From positions 21,031 to 85,030 of the forward strand of contig QHXX01000032.1 of assembly GCA_003223135.1 (NCBI GenBank): a DNA stretch of 64,000 bases, in the 5' to 3' direction. The DNA comes from Acidobacteriota bacterium (GTDB taxonomy: Bacteria; Acidobacteriota; Polarisedimenticolia; Gp22-AA2). The notes below the pieces were generated by a model. It was not told the origin of the DNA. It searched no databases and worked only from the letters and a program-made list of their open reading frames with translations. Shown here piece after piece: positions 47,370 through 56,647 of the stretch. Position 1 is the stretch's first letter. Each line of letters begins with the position of its first letter. A program made the translations under genes and the position numbers.

Positions 47370-48242
47370 GTGCGAAGGGTGCCGGACGAGCTTGCGCCGT
47401 TCTACGTCCAGATCCGCTCGCCCGCGGCGGCGTGGTTTGCGAGGCGGGAGTGCGCCGAGGCCATCGGGCGGGGAGAGGCCGACGACCTGTTCGGCGGGCG
47501 GACGGGTGATCCGGTCCAGGCGGGGTCAGGTCGCGGCCCGATGGCCCGTTTCACGCTGGCGGGACGGCCGGCGATCGGAAAGCGTGCGCTGCACGGCGGG
47601 CTTCTGGGGCGGCTTTTCGGCCGATTGTACGTAGGGCATCGGCGTGCTCTCGACCAACTCCTCTCCGCCGCCCGGCTGGAGCGGGCCGGGGTCCCCACCC
47701 CCGCGATCCTCGCGGTCGGCTCGGCGCGCGCATTCGGACTCTTCTGCGAACATGCGATCGTGACCCGGCAGCTCGAGGGAGCGCGGAATCTGTACGAACT
47801 GGCGGGTGGCGCCCCGGAGCACAACCGGCGCCGCGACATCCTTCGGCTGTGCGCCGACCTGCTGCGGCGATTGCATGATGCCGGGTTCCTGCACGCCGAC
47901 TTGAACGTGAGCAACCTGGTCATGGAACGTGGCCCCGCCGGCGAGACGCTGCATGTCGTCGATCTCGATCGCGGACGGTTCCGCCTCGTCGTTACGCCGG
48001 AGGAGCGCCTCGCCAATCTGACGCGGCTGCTCCGATCCTACGAGAAATGGATCGCCGGGAGGCTGCGACTCTCGCCGCGCGAGGAGATCTACTTTCTGCG
48101 ATGTTACGTCGGCCACGACCGCGAGCTCGCTCGCTTTCTGGCGAAGCGTCTCACCCGTTATCGTTCCCGTCTCGGACTCAGGCGGCTCCGCTGGCGCCTC
48201 GGCTCCCTGTCAAAGGGCCGACTCGCGGGCCCTCTGCAGTAA
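47370..48242 (+). CDS. lipopolysaccharide kinase family protein (Kdo kinase KdkA/InaA-like)
   Basis: GTG start after AAAGGAGAG. FLHADLNVSNLVM (HxDLxxxN catalytic loop) and VVDLDRG (DFG-equivalent). Confidence 0.6.
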   Translation: MRRVPDELAPFYVQIRSPAAAWFARRECAEAIGRGEADDLFGGRTGDPVQAGSGRGPMARFTLAGRPAIGKRALHGGLLGRLFGRLYVGHRRALDQLLSAARLERAGVPTPAILAVGSARAFGLFCEHAIVTRQLEGARNLYELAGGAPEHNRRRDILRLCADLLRRLHDAGFLHADLNVSNLVMERGPAGETLHVVDLDRGRFRLVVTPEERLANLTRLLRSYEKWIAGRLRLSPREEIYFLRCYVGHDRELARFLAKRLTRYRSRLGLRRLRWRLGSLSKGRLAGPLQ

Positions 48243-49292
48243 ATCTGCCGCTGCGACCTCCACGTCCTCCACCCGCACCTCCTCCAGGCAGAACGGCTTG
48301 CCGGCGGGCGACGGCGGGCACTCGTGGAAGAATTTCTGCCGGCAAGGCGAGCACGGGTAGTCCTTGCTCACGGCGATGACCCTGCCGCGGCTTCCGATCG
48401 GCGCAGTGCGCCGCGGCGTCCCGGGCCCGAAGATGCCGATGGTCGGCACGCCCAGGGCGGCGGCCACGTGCATGGGACCGCTGTCGTTTCCCACGAACAG
48501 ATGGCAGCTCTCGAGGAGGGCACCGGTCACCTTGATCGACAGACCCGGACCCGGCACGAAGGCGCATCCGGACGGCATGCCGGCGGCGATCTGCCGCAGC
48601 CGATCGTGCTCTGCCGCGCTTCCGAGCAGCACGACGCGGGCCCCATAACGACCGGCCAGGCGACGTCCGAGATCGGCGAAGCGCTCAGGGTGCCAGGCGC
48701 GCGGCTCCTTCGACGCTCCGGGATGCAGCGCCAGGAGCGGCGAGTGTCCGGTCAGGCGGGCGTCGGCAAGGAGCGTTCTTGCCTGCCGCCGGTCATCCTC
48801 CCGAAGGTGAAAGGACGGAAAGGGATCGTCGATCCGGCACCCGAGAGCCCGGGCGATTCCGAGGAACGCCTCGACGTGATGCGTGTCTTCCCGGGGAGGG
48901 TCGAGTGCGTGGGTCAAGAGGAGGGAGCGGCGATCGGTGGCGTAACCGACGCGGTAGCGGACCGCCGCCAGGAAGGCCAGCGCCGCGGCCTCGAAGGCCT
49001 TCTGGAACAGCACCGCCAGGTCGAACCGCTCGCGCCGCAATGCTGCGGCCAGCCGCAGTCGCCCGCCGAGGCCTCGGTGCGCCCCGGCACTGTCGTACTC
49101 GATCAGGTCATCGTAGAAGGGATCGCCTGTTAGTGTCTCAAGGACCCAGCTCTTGGCGACGATGGCGATGCGCGCACCGCGGAAGTGCGCGCGCAGGGCG
49201 CGAACGGCGGGCGAGATCATCACCACGTCGCCGATCCAGTTGTTGGCGCGGATCAGAACACGACGGATAGAACCGGGATCGATCGGTGTCAC
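48210..49292 (-). CDS. ADP-heptose:LPS heptosyltransferase (GT9), with Cys-rich C-terminal tail
   Basis: GTG start (VTPIDPGSIRRVLIRANNWIGD) overlaps the stop of the upstream GT9 gene. GT9 C-terminal domain (HLFVGNDSGPMHVAAALGVPTIGIFGP). The tail is ...CSPCRQKFFHECPPSPAGKPFC. Confidence 0.75.
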   Translation of the reverse strand: MTPIDPGSIRRVLIRANNWIGDVVMISPAVRALRAHFRGARIAIVAKSWVLETLTGDPFYDDLIEYDSAGAHRGLGGRLRLAAALRRERFDLAVLFQKAFEAAALAFLAAVRYRVGYATDRRSLLLTHALDPPREDTHHVEAFLGIARALGCRIDDPFPSFHLREDDRRQARTLLADARLTGHSPLLALHPGASKEPRAWHPERFADLGRRLAGRYGARVVLLGSAAEHDRLRQIAAGMPSGCAFVPGPGLSIKVTGALLESCHLFVGNDSGPMHVAAALGVPTIGIFGPGTPRRTAPIGSRGRVIAVSKDYPCSPCRQKFFHECPPSPAGKPFCLEEVRVEDVEVAAADLLQRARESAL

Positions 49293-50389
49293 CGCCCGGC
49301 CTCCGCGGAGCGCGGAAAGAGCGCGGAGCGCAGGAGCCGGGGAGCGGCGGCCCCGGGCGTGGACCGCCCCATGATCCGCCGCGCCGCCTCGAGCGCCTGT
49401 TCCGGCGTGATGTCGGAGGTGGAGCGCCCGGCACGCAGGACGATATGGGCGCCCCCCAGCGGAGCGTTGAGAGCCGGGTCGGTGGGGCCGAAGAGGGCGA
49501 GCACCGGGCATCCAACACTCCAGGCCAGATGCATCGGTCCGGTATCGGCGCCAATGAATAGCGCGGACCGCCTCAGGACGGCCGCCAGGAGACGGAGGGA
49601 CGTGGGCGGCGCGACCACGGCGTGACCGCCTGACCCGGCGACGACCGCTCGAGCCAGCGCCTCTTCGCCGGGACCCCAGGCGACCAGGGGCACGACGCCA
49701 AAAGATGGCGCCATGAGGGCGGCGAGCCGGGAGAAGTGCTCGGCCGGCCAGCGCTTGCCCCGCTGTCGGCGGCTCGTGCCGGGCGACAGGATGACGACGG
49801 GCGATCCTCCTGGGTTGAGACCGCGCAGCATCTCCTCGGCAACCCGCCCTTCCTCCGGGCGTTCCGGCAGGATCACCTCAATCGTGTCGCCCCGGGCGCC
49901 GACCGCCTCGGCGAGGAGGAGGTTGCGCTCGACGCGATTCAAGCGACGACCCCGCGGACGCACCCAATCATTGGTCAATGCGAAACTGAGCTCCCGGCTG
50001 TGACCCGGCGCGAATCCGACACGACGGGGCGCCGCCGAGAGCAGCGCCAGAAGGCCGCTCTTGAAGCTCCCCTGAAAGTCCAGGACCACGCTGAAGCTCC
50101 TCCGGCGCAGGTCGCGCGCGAATGCGGCGATGAGCCCGGCCAGGAGGCGCGGTCGGGTCGCGGCATCGCGAAGCTCACGGCGCGGGAACTGAAGGACCTC
50201 GTCGATCTCCGGGTGGCCGCACAGGAGATCGTGGGATAGATCCTCGACCAGCCAGGTGACATGCACTGTCGGATATGTCGAGCGGATCAGGTGCAGGGCG
50301 GGAAGCGTCCGCAGGACGTCGCCCACGGCACCGAGGCGGATGAGGAGCACGCGATCGTGATCCTGCAGGCGGCGCGGACGGTCGTCCAT
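49289..50389 (-). CDS. ADP-heptose:LPS heptosyltransferase (GT9)
   Basis: RVLLIRLGAVGDVLRTLPAL N-terminus and the ALFIGADTGPMHLAWSVGCPVLALFGP motif. Confidence 0.75.
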   Translation of the reverse strand: MDDRPRRLQDHDRVLLIRLGAVGDVLRTLPALHLIRSTYPTVHVTWLVEDLSHDLLCGHPEIDEVLQFPRRELRDAATRPRLLAGLIAAFARDLRRRSFSVVLDFQGSFKSGLLALLSAAPRRVGFAPGHSRELSFALTNDWVRPRGRRLNRVERNLLLAEAVGARGDTIEVILPERPEEGRVAEEMLRGLNPGGSPVVILSPGTSRRQRGKRWPAEHFSRLAALMAPSFGVVPLVAWGPGEEALARAVVAGSGGHAVVAPPTSLRLLAAVLRRSALFIGADTGPMHLAWSVGCPVLALFGPTDPALNAPLGGAHIVLRAGRSTSDITPEQALEAARRIMGRSTPGAAAPRLLRSALFPRSAEAGR

Positions 50390-50485
50390 GAACCCTCGAA
50401 TCTTACACCGCGGAGGCCTGGGTCTCCGAGGTTTGACAAGTTTTTCGCGTGGGTGCTATAAGTCGCGGCGGTGAGCGGGAGAGTC

Positions 50486-50668
50486 ATGGTCCTCGATCCG
50501 CGCCTTCTCGAGATTCTCGCATGTCCGCTGTGCAAGACCGAGGTCACTCTGACCCCGGACGGCACCGGTTTGGTCTGCCGGTCCTGCCGCAGGCGCTACC
50601 CGATCGTCGATGATATCCCGATCATGCTCGTGGAAGAGGCGACCGTCCTGCCCGAGGATCGTCCCTGA
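50486..50668 (+). CDS. Trm112 family protein (DUF343)
   Basis: MVLDPRLLEILACPLCK...CRSCRRRYPIVDDIPIML: zinc-ribbon-like Trm112 signature. Confidence 0.6.
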   Translation: MVLDPRLLEILACPLCKTEVTLTPDGTGLVCRSCRRRYPIVDDIPIMLVEEATVLPEDRP

Positions 50669-50751
50669 GCCGGGCCAGGAGCCAGGAGCCGCACCTCGAC
50701 CGAGCCCGCACCGCCGACCTGGCAGCCCGATTTCCCGGCGTCTCCCTCCTG

Positions 50752-51672
50752 GTGGTCGGCGACCTGATGATCGATCAGTACCTGTGGGGTGGGGTGTCGC
50801 GCATTTCTCCCGAAGCGCCGGTGCCGGTCGTCAGGCTGGAGCGCGAGAGTTTTCGGCTCGGCGGCGCAGGCAACGTTGTCAACAACCTGGTGTCCCTCGG
50901 CGCGCGGGCCATTCCCGCGGGCGTGCGCGGCGACGATCGTCAGGGCGAGCTCCTCGAGACCTTCTGCCGCGACGCGGGCATTCCGACGGAGGCCCTGGTC
51001 CTGGCCCCCGGCCGGCCCACCACGGTCAAGACACGGGTGATCGCGCACAACCAGCAGGTGGTGCGGGTCGACCGAGAGGTGGACGGACCTCTCGAGGCGG
51101 GAGTCGCCGGTCGCCTCGCAGAGAGGGCCCTGTCGAGCCTGGAGCGCGTTCAAGGGCTGGTGGTTTCCGATTATGACAAGGGCGGGGTTTCGGCGGACCT
51201 CCTGGCGACGCTCCTGCCGGATGCGGCCCGGCGACGCCTGCCCATCGTGGTGGATCCGAAGGTCCGCCTCTTCCGGCATTACCGTCCGGCGACCGTCGTG
51301 ACACCCAATTCACGGGAGGCCATGGAGGCGACCGGCATGTCGGCGCGCACCGACGAGGAGTTCGAGACGGTTGGCCGCAGGCTCCTGGAAATTCTGGACG
51401 GCCCCTGCGTCCTGATCACACGCGGGGAGCGGGGCATGCTGCTTCTGAAAAGGGGCGGTCCTTCGCTCGCGATCCCCGCGACGGCACGTGAGGTGTTCGA
51501 TGTGACGGGAGCGGGGGACACGGTGGCGGCGACGCTTGCCCTGGCCCTGGGAGCCGGCGCGGACATGGAGGAGGCGGCTCTGCTCGCAAACCGCGCCGCC
51601 GGAGTGGTGGTCGGCAAGGTAGGCACCGCCACGCTGACGGTGCAGGAGCTGCTGGACGCCATCGGTCAGTGA
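50752..51672 (+). CDS. hldE: D-glycero-beta-D-manno-heptose-7-phosphate kinase (HldE kinase domain / RfaE domain I, PfkB family)
   Basis: GTG start. LVSLGARAIPAGVRGDDRQGELL, DVTGAGDTVAATLALAL, and otherwise RfaE-I-like. Conserved N-terminal residues (ADLAARFPGVSLLVVGD) are encoded in frame upstream of any canonical start codon. Confidence 0.75.
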   Translation: MVGDLMIDQYLWGGVSRISPEAPVPVVRLERESFRLGGAGNVVNNLVSLGARAIPAGVRGDDRQGELLETFCRDAGIPTEALVLAPGRPTTVKTRVIAHNQQVVRVDREVDGPLEAGVAGRLAERALSSLERVQGLVVSDYDKGGVSADLLATLLPDAARRRLPIVVDPKVRLFRHYRPATVVTPNSREAMEATGMSARTDEEFETVGRRLLEILDGPCVLITRGERGMLLLKRGGPSLAIPATAREVFDVTGAGDTVAATLALALGAGADMEEAALLANRAAGVVVGKVGTATLTVQELLDAIGQ

Positions 51673-51683
51673 CGTCCCCGGGC

Positions 51684-52415
51684 TCAGGTCGCGGACGAAA
51701 GACGGACGACGATTCCGAGCGTCAGAAGGGCCCAGAGGAGCCGGCAGATCTCGAAATCCTTCAGCGTCGAACCGCGGCACAGATCACGCAAAGTGGTAGG
51801 CCGCTCGCAATGCGACAGGAGCGTCCACTCCTCCAGCGAGAGGGTGAGGTCGCGGCTCATGTCCTCGAGACCCGGTGCCGTCTGGTAACGCATCTCCAGG
51901 TCGCCGACCGCCTCCCAGATTCTCTCCCAACTTTCGATCCTCCGGATCCCTTCGAGGATGGTGTTCCCCGCGCTCAGCTTCAGCGTGATGACTTCGTCGG
52001 TGGGCAGATCGCCGGGGCGGTAGCGATACCGCCCGCGCGTCCACAGAAACAGGCTGCAGACGATGTTCCGGACTTGGCAGCGCACCCCCTCCACGAGGTC
52101 ATGCGCCTCGATCAGCTCCATCTCCACGAGGACCGTGCCGAGCCGCTTGCCCTCTTCCGCGGCGCGCTCGAGGGCGCCCATGAGTCCTTCCAGGCTCACG
52201 AGCCCGGCCTTGAAGAAGATCTGCCCGACGCGATCGTCGCGATCGTTGGAGGTGGCAAACACCGGCCGTCCCGACTGGATGTAGATCGACTTCTCGATCG
52301 TGTCCCCGGTCAGGGTCAGCACGCCGGTCTCTTTCCTGCGCAGGACGGAATACACCAGACCCGGAAACGTCGTGGTGGAGAGAATTCCTTCGCGCGGCTG
52401 GCTGTCCTTCGGCAT
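51684..52415 (-). CDS. DUF4388 domain-containing protein
   Basis: Start MPKDSQPREGIL is preceded by GAGAGAG. The FPGLVYSVLRRKETGVLTL N-terminus is typical of DUF4388. Confidence 0.55.
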   Translation of the reverse strand: MPKDSQPREGILSTTTFPGLVYSVLRRKETGVLTLTGDTIEKSIYIQSGRPVFATSNDRDDRVGQIFFKAGLVSLEGLMGALERAAEEGKRLGTVLVEMELIEAHDLVEGVRCQVRNIVCSLFLWTRGRYRYRPGDLPTDEVITLKLSAGNTILEGIRRIESWERIWEAVGDLEMRYQTAPGLEDMSRDLTLSLEEWTLLSHCERPTTLRDLCRGSTLKDFEICRLLWALLTLGIVVRLSSAT

Positions 52416-52720
52416 CTCTCTCGATCGACCCCCGGTACAGTAGGGACAGGATCGCCATTTGTCAATGAGACGATGACTGTCTTCGCAAGCGAAATAAATT
52501 CGACTATCCCTCGTCCCTGGAGTAAGATAGGGGTCGCTGCAAACGCTCAGCAGGCCGATTACAAATGTTTCTTGACGAATCTTTTGCATGACGGCACACT
52601 TGCACTAGTCGGCGCTTCCCCGTACCTTCACAGGCCTCACGAAGCGTCGATGCAGTAGTGAGCGGCAGGCTGGACGTCAGGTCCGCGACCACAGGGCACC
52701 GGTGCCAGGGGAACGGCAAG

Positions 52721-53899
52721 ATGGAACAGGAGCTGCGGGGAAGTACCCGGCTGGGCAATTACCTCCGCAGGCTCAGAATCGGATACGGTCTCTCGTTGCG
52801 CAGGGTCGAGGACAAGGCCAAGACCGGCGGCGGCGAGATCGACAATTCCCAGTTGTCCCGTTATGAGCGCGGCAAGTGTTACCCGTCCTTCGACAAGCTG
52901 TGCCTCCTGGCCAACATTTTCAACGTCCCCATCCAGAACTTCTCGGACGTGCTCGATCTCGAGAGGGTCGATCCGTTCGAGCCGGCCCCGTCGGCCGCCT
53001 ACGAAGACCTGAAGGCGGAGGCCAACCGGGAGTGGGACCAGGGAAACTACGCACGGGCCTACGCCATCTACGAAACGGCCCTGGCGCGCCTCGAGGACGG
53101 CGTCGAGGGACAGGTGGACGCGGAGATCCTGGCCAGGGCGCGCTTCAACCTGGCCCGCACGCTCCTGCGCATGGGGAAGATCAGCCTCGCGGAGACCGAG
53201 CTGCGGCTGATTCTGCGGCGCCACAAGGACATCTCGCCGACGACCGAGGGCGCCGTCCTGGGGTGCCTGGCCGACGCCCACGAAGACAAGGGCGACCGGT
53301 ACCTGGCGCTCCTCGAGTCGGAAAAGGCCCTCGCCATCGCCCGTCGATCTGTCAACGTCGAATATGAAGGCTACGCCCTGCATCGCATCGGACGACTGCA
53401 CTTCCTCGATGCCAATTACGACATGGCCCTCGAGAGCTTCCGCGAAGCGCGTGTACTTCTGGAGGGGAAGGCCGGCCGCTACGATCTGACGCTCCTCCGG
53501 ATCAACATCGGCTTCTGCCAGGCCATGCTGGGCCGCCTGGACCGGGGCATCCGCGAGCTGAAGGAAGCGCTCCAGGTCGCTGGCAAGGAAGGCTTCCGCC
53601 GGTGCTCAACGTACGCGCTCCTGTACCTCGGGCAGGTCCACATGCTCAAAGAAGAGCACGTCCGGGCGCGCGATTACTTTGAGGAAGCGGAGCTTCTGGC
53701 GCACGGCGGCGAAGAGAGATTCGTCGACATCCTGTTCCAGACGGCCTACCACCTCTGGGAAATGGCCCGGATGTCCAGGAACCAGGTGCAGGAGAAAGTG
53801 TACTTTGGCCGCTTGAAGTTCCTGCGCTCCCAGCTCGACCGTCAGTTCCAGGAGGTCGAGAAGTTCGACCAGTACATCGAACAAGGAAAGGGTCGGTGA
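52721..53899 (+). CDS. XRE-family helix-turn-helix transcriptional regulator with TPR repeats
   Basis: LGNYLRRLRIGYGLSLRRVEDKA...SQLSRYERGK HTH, followed by about 300 aa of TPR-like helical repeats. Confidence 0.65.
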   Translation: MEQELRGSTRLGNYLRRLRIGYGLSLRRVEDKAKTGGGEIDNSQLSRYERGKCYPSFDKLCLLANIFNVPIQNFSDVLDLERVDPFEPAPSAAYEDLKAEANREWDQGNYARAYAIYETALARLEDGVEGQVDAEILARARFNLARTLLRMGKISLAETELRLILRRHKDISPTTEGAVLGCLADAHEDKGDRYLALLESEKALAIARRSVNVEYEGYALHRIGRLHFLDANYDMALESFREARVLLEGKAGRYDLTLLRINIGFCQAMLGRLDRGIRELKEALQVAGKEGFRRCSTYALLYLGQVHMLKEEHVRARDYFEEAELLAHGGEERFVDILFQTAYHLWEMARMSRNQVQEKVYFGRLKFLRSQLDRQFQEVEKFDQYIEQGKGR

Positions 53900-53903
53900 T
53901 CCC

Positions 53904-54668
53904 GTGAACAGGCTGCGCGGCACTCGGTCCTGGGCAACGGTCGCGGCGCTTCTGCTCTTCCCCTCCATGGTGCTGGCCGAGGTCAGCGTGCAGGTCGACA
54001 GCCTCGGCAACTACAAGCGCTTTGTGTACCTGACGGTCGGCAAGGGACGCACTGCCGTTGTCTGGCGCCAGATGCGGGCGCGCCTGCCACAGAACCTGGT
54101 GTTGAATCCCCTCGGGGACAACCTCGGCGACCGGCCGCCCGTCATCCAGGTCTCCCCGGTGACCGGCTATCCCTGGGTCGTGTGGCCTAAGAATTTCGGC
54201 AACATCAAGCTGCTCGTTTCAGCGACCTGGGAAGGTACGGGCAAGAAATGGACCGAGCCGTCCCTGATAGCACCGGGCGCCCCGCTGGTCTACGATGACC
54301 TGGATCCTTCCCTTGCGATCGACGGGTCCGGCACGCTCTACCTCGTCTGGTCGCGGGCGGAACAGACGGCGAAGGTGTACTTCAGCACGATGATCCAGGG
54401 TCGATGGACTCCGGCGCTGCTGATCAGTGAGGCGACCGTCGACGGTCGAGCGCCTTCGATTGTGCTGAGCGGCAAGACGGCGATCATCAGCTACCAGACG
54501 CCGGCCGGCCCCGTGACGAGGAATTACCAGGCCGCGTCCCTGGTGCAGAGCGCTGCCAGCCTGATGGACAACCCGATCCCTCCGCTCTTCGGTCCCCCTC
54601 CGGGTGGAGACAATCCCTCAGGTGGCGGCGGCGGCGGCGGAGGCCACGCGGGGATTTACAGGGAGTAG
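53904..54668 (+). CDS. secreted hypothetical protein with C-terminal Pro/Gly-rich poly-glycine tail
   Basis: GTG start 4 nt after the regulator stop. Signal peptide MNRLRGTRSWATVAALLLFPSMVLA. Beta-rich, with tail ...PIPPLFGPPPGGDNPSGGGGGGGGHAGIYRE. Confidence 0.5.
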   Translation: MNRLRGTRSWATVAALLLFPSMVLAEVSVQVDSLGNYKRFVYLTVGKGRTAVVWRQMRARLPQNLVLNPLGDNLGDRPPVIQVSPVTGYPWVVWPKNFGNIKLLVSATWEGTGKKWTEPSLIAPGAPLVYDDLDPSLAIDGSGTLYLVWSRAEQTAKVYFSTMIQGRWTPALLISEATVDGRAPSIVLSGKTAIISYQTPAGPVTRNYQAASLVQSAASLMDNPIPPLFGPPPGGDNPSGGGGGGGGHAGIYRE

Positions 54669-54686
54669 GAACCGACCTCGACGACT

Positions 54687-54716
54687 AAAAAACCCGGCTG
54701 CAAGGCCGGGTTTTTT
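54687..54716. terminator. bidirectional rho-independent terminator
   Basis: Sequence aaaaaa-CCCGGC-tgcaag-GCCGGG-tttttt. It lies between the convergent secreted-protein gene and lapA. Confidence 0.8.
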
Positions 54717-54743
54717 GTGCCCGCAGATGGACCCCGCGCCTAG

Positions 54744-55073
54744 CTAGGAGGCACCCTCCGTCCCGGCCGGCCCGCCGGCCGATCCTTCGTTGCGGGCCAG
54801 GCGCAGGCGCAGCGCGTCCGCCTCTTCCTCGAGACGCCGCAATTGCCTCCGAAGCTGGCGGTTCGTGATCCGGATCTTGATCCCGTCGATCACGCCGATG
54901 GTGCATGCGAAGGCGACGCCGAAGATCGCGGCCGTCGCCATCACCGCGCCCATCGGCACCGGGCCGACACGCCAGACGAAGAGGTTGACGGTCACGTCGG
55001 AGCTGTTGTAAACGCCCACGACGAACAGAACGATGAAGAAGAAGAAGACGACGAGGTAGACCAGGATGTTCAC
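54744..55073 (-). CDS. lapA: LapA family protein (DUF1049, lipopolysaccharide assembly protein A-like)
   Basis: GTG start after GGAGG. Two TM helices (NILVYLVVFFFFIVLFVVGV...) plus a C-terminal coiled-coil RQLRRQLRRLEEEADALRLRLA. The start overlaps the kdsC stop (GTGA). Confidence 0.6.
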   Translation of the reverse strand: MNILVYLVVFFFFIVLFVVGVYNSSDVTVNLFVWRVGPVPMGAVMATAAIFGVAFACTIGVIDGIKIRITNRQLRRQLRRLEEEADALRLRLARNEGSAGGPAGTEGAS

Positions 55074-55657
55074 CGATGAGCCTCCGCCGCGCGCGCGGCC
55101 CGGCCGCGGCGCCCCCCGGACCACGCCGGATCGAACCACGCGAGCACTTCCCTCCACCTGCCCTGGGCCTTGAGGATCTCGTCGATGACCTCGCGCACGG
55201 CGCCACGACCCCCCGCCGCGCGCGTCACGAACAGGGCCCGCCGCAGCACCTCGGGACGCGCGTCCGCCACGGCCACCGGCATGCCGACCCGGCCCAGGAC
55301 CGGCAGGTCAGTGAGGTCGTCACCGATGTAGCAGACCTGCGCGTCGGTCAGCTTCTGGCGGCGCAGGATCCGCTCGTAGGCCGTGAGCTTGTCCCTGACC
55401 CGCAGATGGACCTCGTGCATGCCGAGCTCCTCGGCCCGCCGGGAGACGGCGGCGCTGCTGCGGCCCGAAATGACGCCGGTGCGCAGTCCGATCCTGCGGG
55501 CGATTGAAAGTCCGACGCCGTCCCGGGCGTCGTAGGTCTTCGCTTCCGCGGATCCCTCGATGAACGAGATGCCGCCGTCAGTCAGAACACCGTCCACATC
55601 CATCAGGATCAGGGCGATCGGGCGCGCGCGCGGAACGAGCGGCCGTCGGCACCTCAT
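55070..55657 (-). CDS. kdsC: 3-deoxy-D-manno-octulosonate 8-phosphate phosphatase KdsC (HAD)
   Basis: ILMDVDGVLTDG (DxD motif) and GDDLTDLP. ATG is preceded by GGAGGGGGG. Confidence 0.8.
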   Translation of the reverse strand: MRCRRPLVPRARPIALILMDVDGVLTDGGISFIEGSAEAKTYDARDGVGLSIARRIGLRTGVISGRSSAAVSRRAEELGMHEVHLRVRDKLTAYERILRRQKLTDAQVCYIGDDLTDLPVLGRVGMPVAVADARPEVLRRALFVTRAAGGRGAVREVIDEILKAQGRWREVLAWFDPAWSGGRRGRAARAAEAHR

Positions 55658-55690
55658 GGAGTCCCCCCTCCGGTCCCGGGGCACGACATC

Positions 55691-56647
55691 CTAGAACAGC
55701 TGCGTCCGCCACAGGTCGTGGATGTGCAGGACGCCCTCGACGCGATTCTGCGCGTCGACGACGACCAATGAGGTGATCTTCCGCGCCTCAAGGATATTGA
55801 GCGCAGCCACCGCGAGCTCCTGCCGTCCGATGGTGACCGGGTTCTGCGACATTACGCCGTCCACGGTCATCGTCAGGAGATTTTCCCCGCGCCCGAGACG
55901 CCGGCGCAGGTCGCCGTCGGTGACGACCCCCGCCAGTGTCCCGTCCTCGCGCACGACACAGGTCATCCCGAGCTTCCTGTCACTCATGGTCTTGATGGCG
56001 TCGCGCATCGATGTGCCGATCGGGACAAGGGGCGCGTCGCTTCCGGCGTGCATGACGTGCGCGACCGTGACCACCTTCCTGCCGATGTGGCCCCCGGGGT
56101 GGAAGCGGGCGAAGTCGTCCGGCGTGAGGCCGCGCCTCTCGAGAAGCGCCATCGCCAGGGCGTCTCCCATCGCGAGCGCGGCCGTCGTGCTTGCTGTGGG
56201 CACCAGGCCCAGGGGCGACGCCTCCTGTTCGATCCGCACGTCCAGGACGATGCGCGAATGGCGTGACAGGGTCGAGCCGGGGCTGCCGGTCATCGCGATC
56301 AGCGCGACATCGAGCCGCCTGATGAGCTCGAGAAGCCGCAGGATCTCCTCCGTCTCACCGCTTTGCGAAATGGCCAGGACGACGTCGCCGGGGACGACCA
56401 TGCCGATATCCCCGTGCACCGCTTCCGCCGGGTGCATGAACAGGGACGGTGTCCCGGTGCTGCTGAAGGTGGCGGCGATCTTGGCGCCGATGAGACCCGA
56501 CTTGCCCATCCCGGTCACGACGACCCGCCCCTTGCACGCGTACAGGGCGTCGATCGCCCGGTCGAACGCGTCGCCCAGGCGGGGCACCAGGTCCAGGATG
56601 GCGCGCGCCTCCAGCTCGAGGACCTTGCGGGCAATCGTCCGGGGCAT
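55691..56647 (-). CDS. kdsD: arabinose-5-phosphate isomerase KdsD/KpsF (SIS + tandem CBS)
   Basis: Start MPRTIARKVLELEA. GRVVVTGMGKSG SIS motif and two CBS domains. The ATG shares one base with the kdsA stop. Confidence 0.85.
   Translation of the reverse strand: MPRTIARKVLELEARAILDLVPRLGDAFDRAIDALYACKGRVVVTGMGKSGLIGAKIAATFSSTGTPSLFMHPAEAVHGDIGMVVPGDVVLAISQSGETEEILRLLELIRRLDVALIAMTGSPGSTLSRHSRIVLDVRIEQEASPLGLVPTASTTAALAMGDALAMALLERRGLTPDDFARFHPGGHIGRKVVTVAHVMHAGSDAPLVPIGTSMRDAIKTMSDRKLGMTCVVREDGTLAGVVTDGDLRRRLGRGENLLTMTVDGVMSQNPVTIGRQELAVAALNILEARKITSLVVVDAQNRVEGVLHIHDLWRTQLF

Noticed and set aside
50614-50751. N-terminal extension of the hldE-like gene through the region overlapping the Trm112 gene
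   Set aside because: There is no ATG/GTG/TTG in that frame. I kept the annotation at GTG 50752 and flagged the missing start as a possible indel instead of inventing a non-canonical start.
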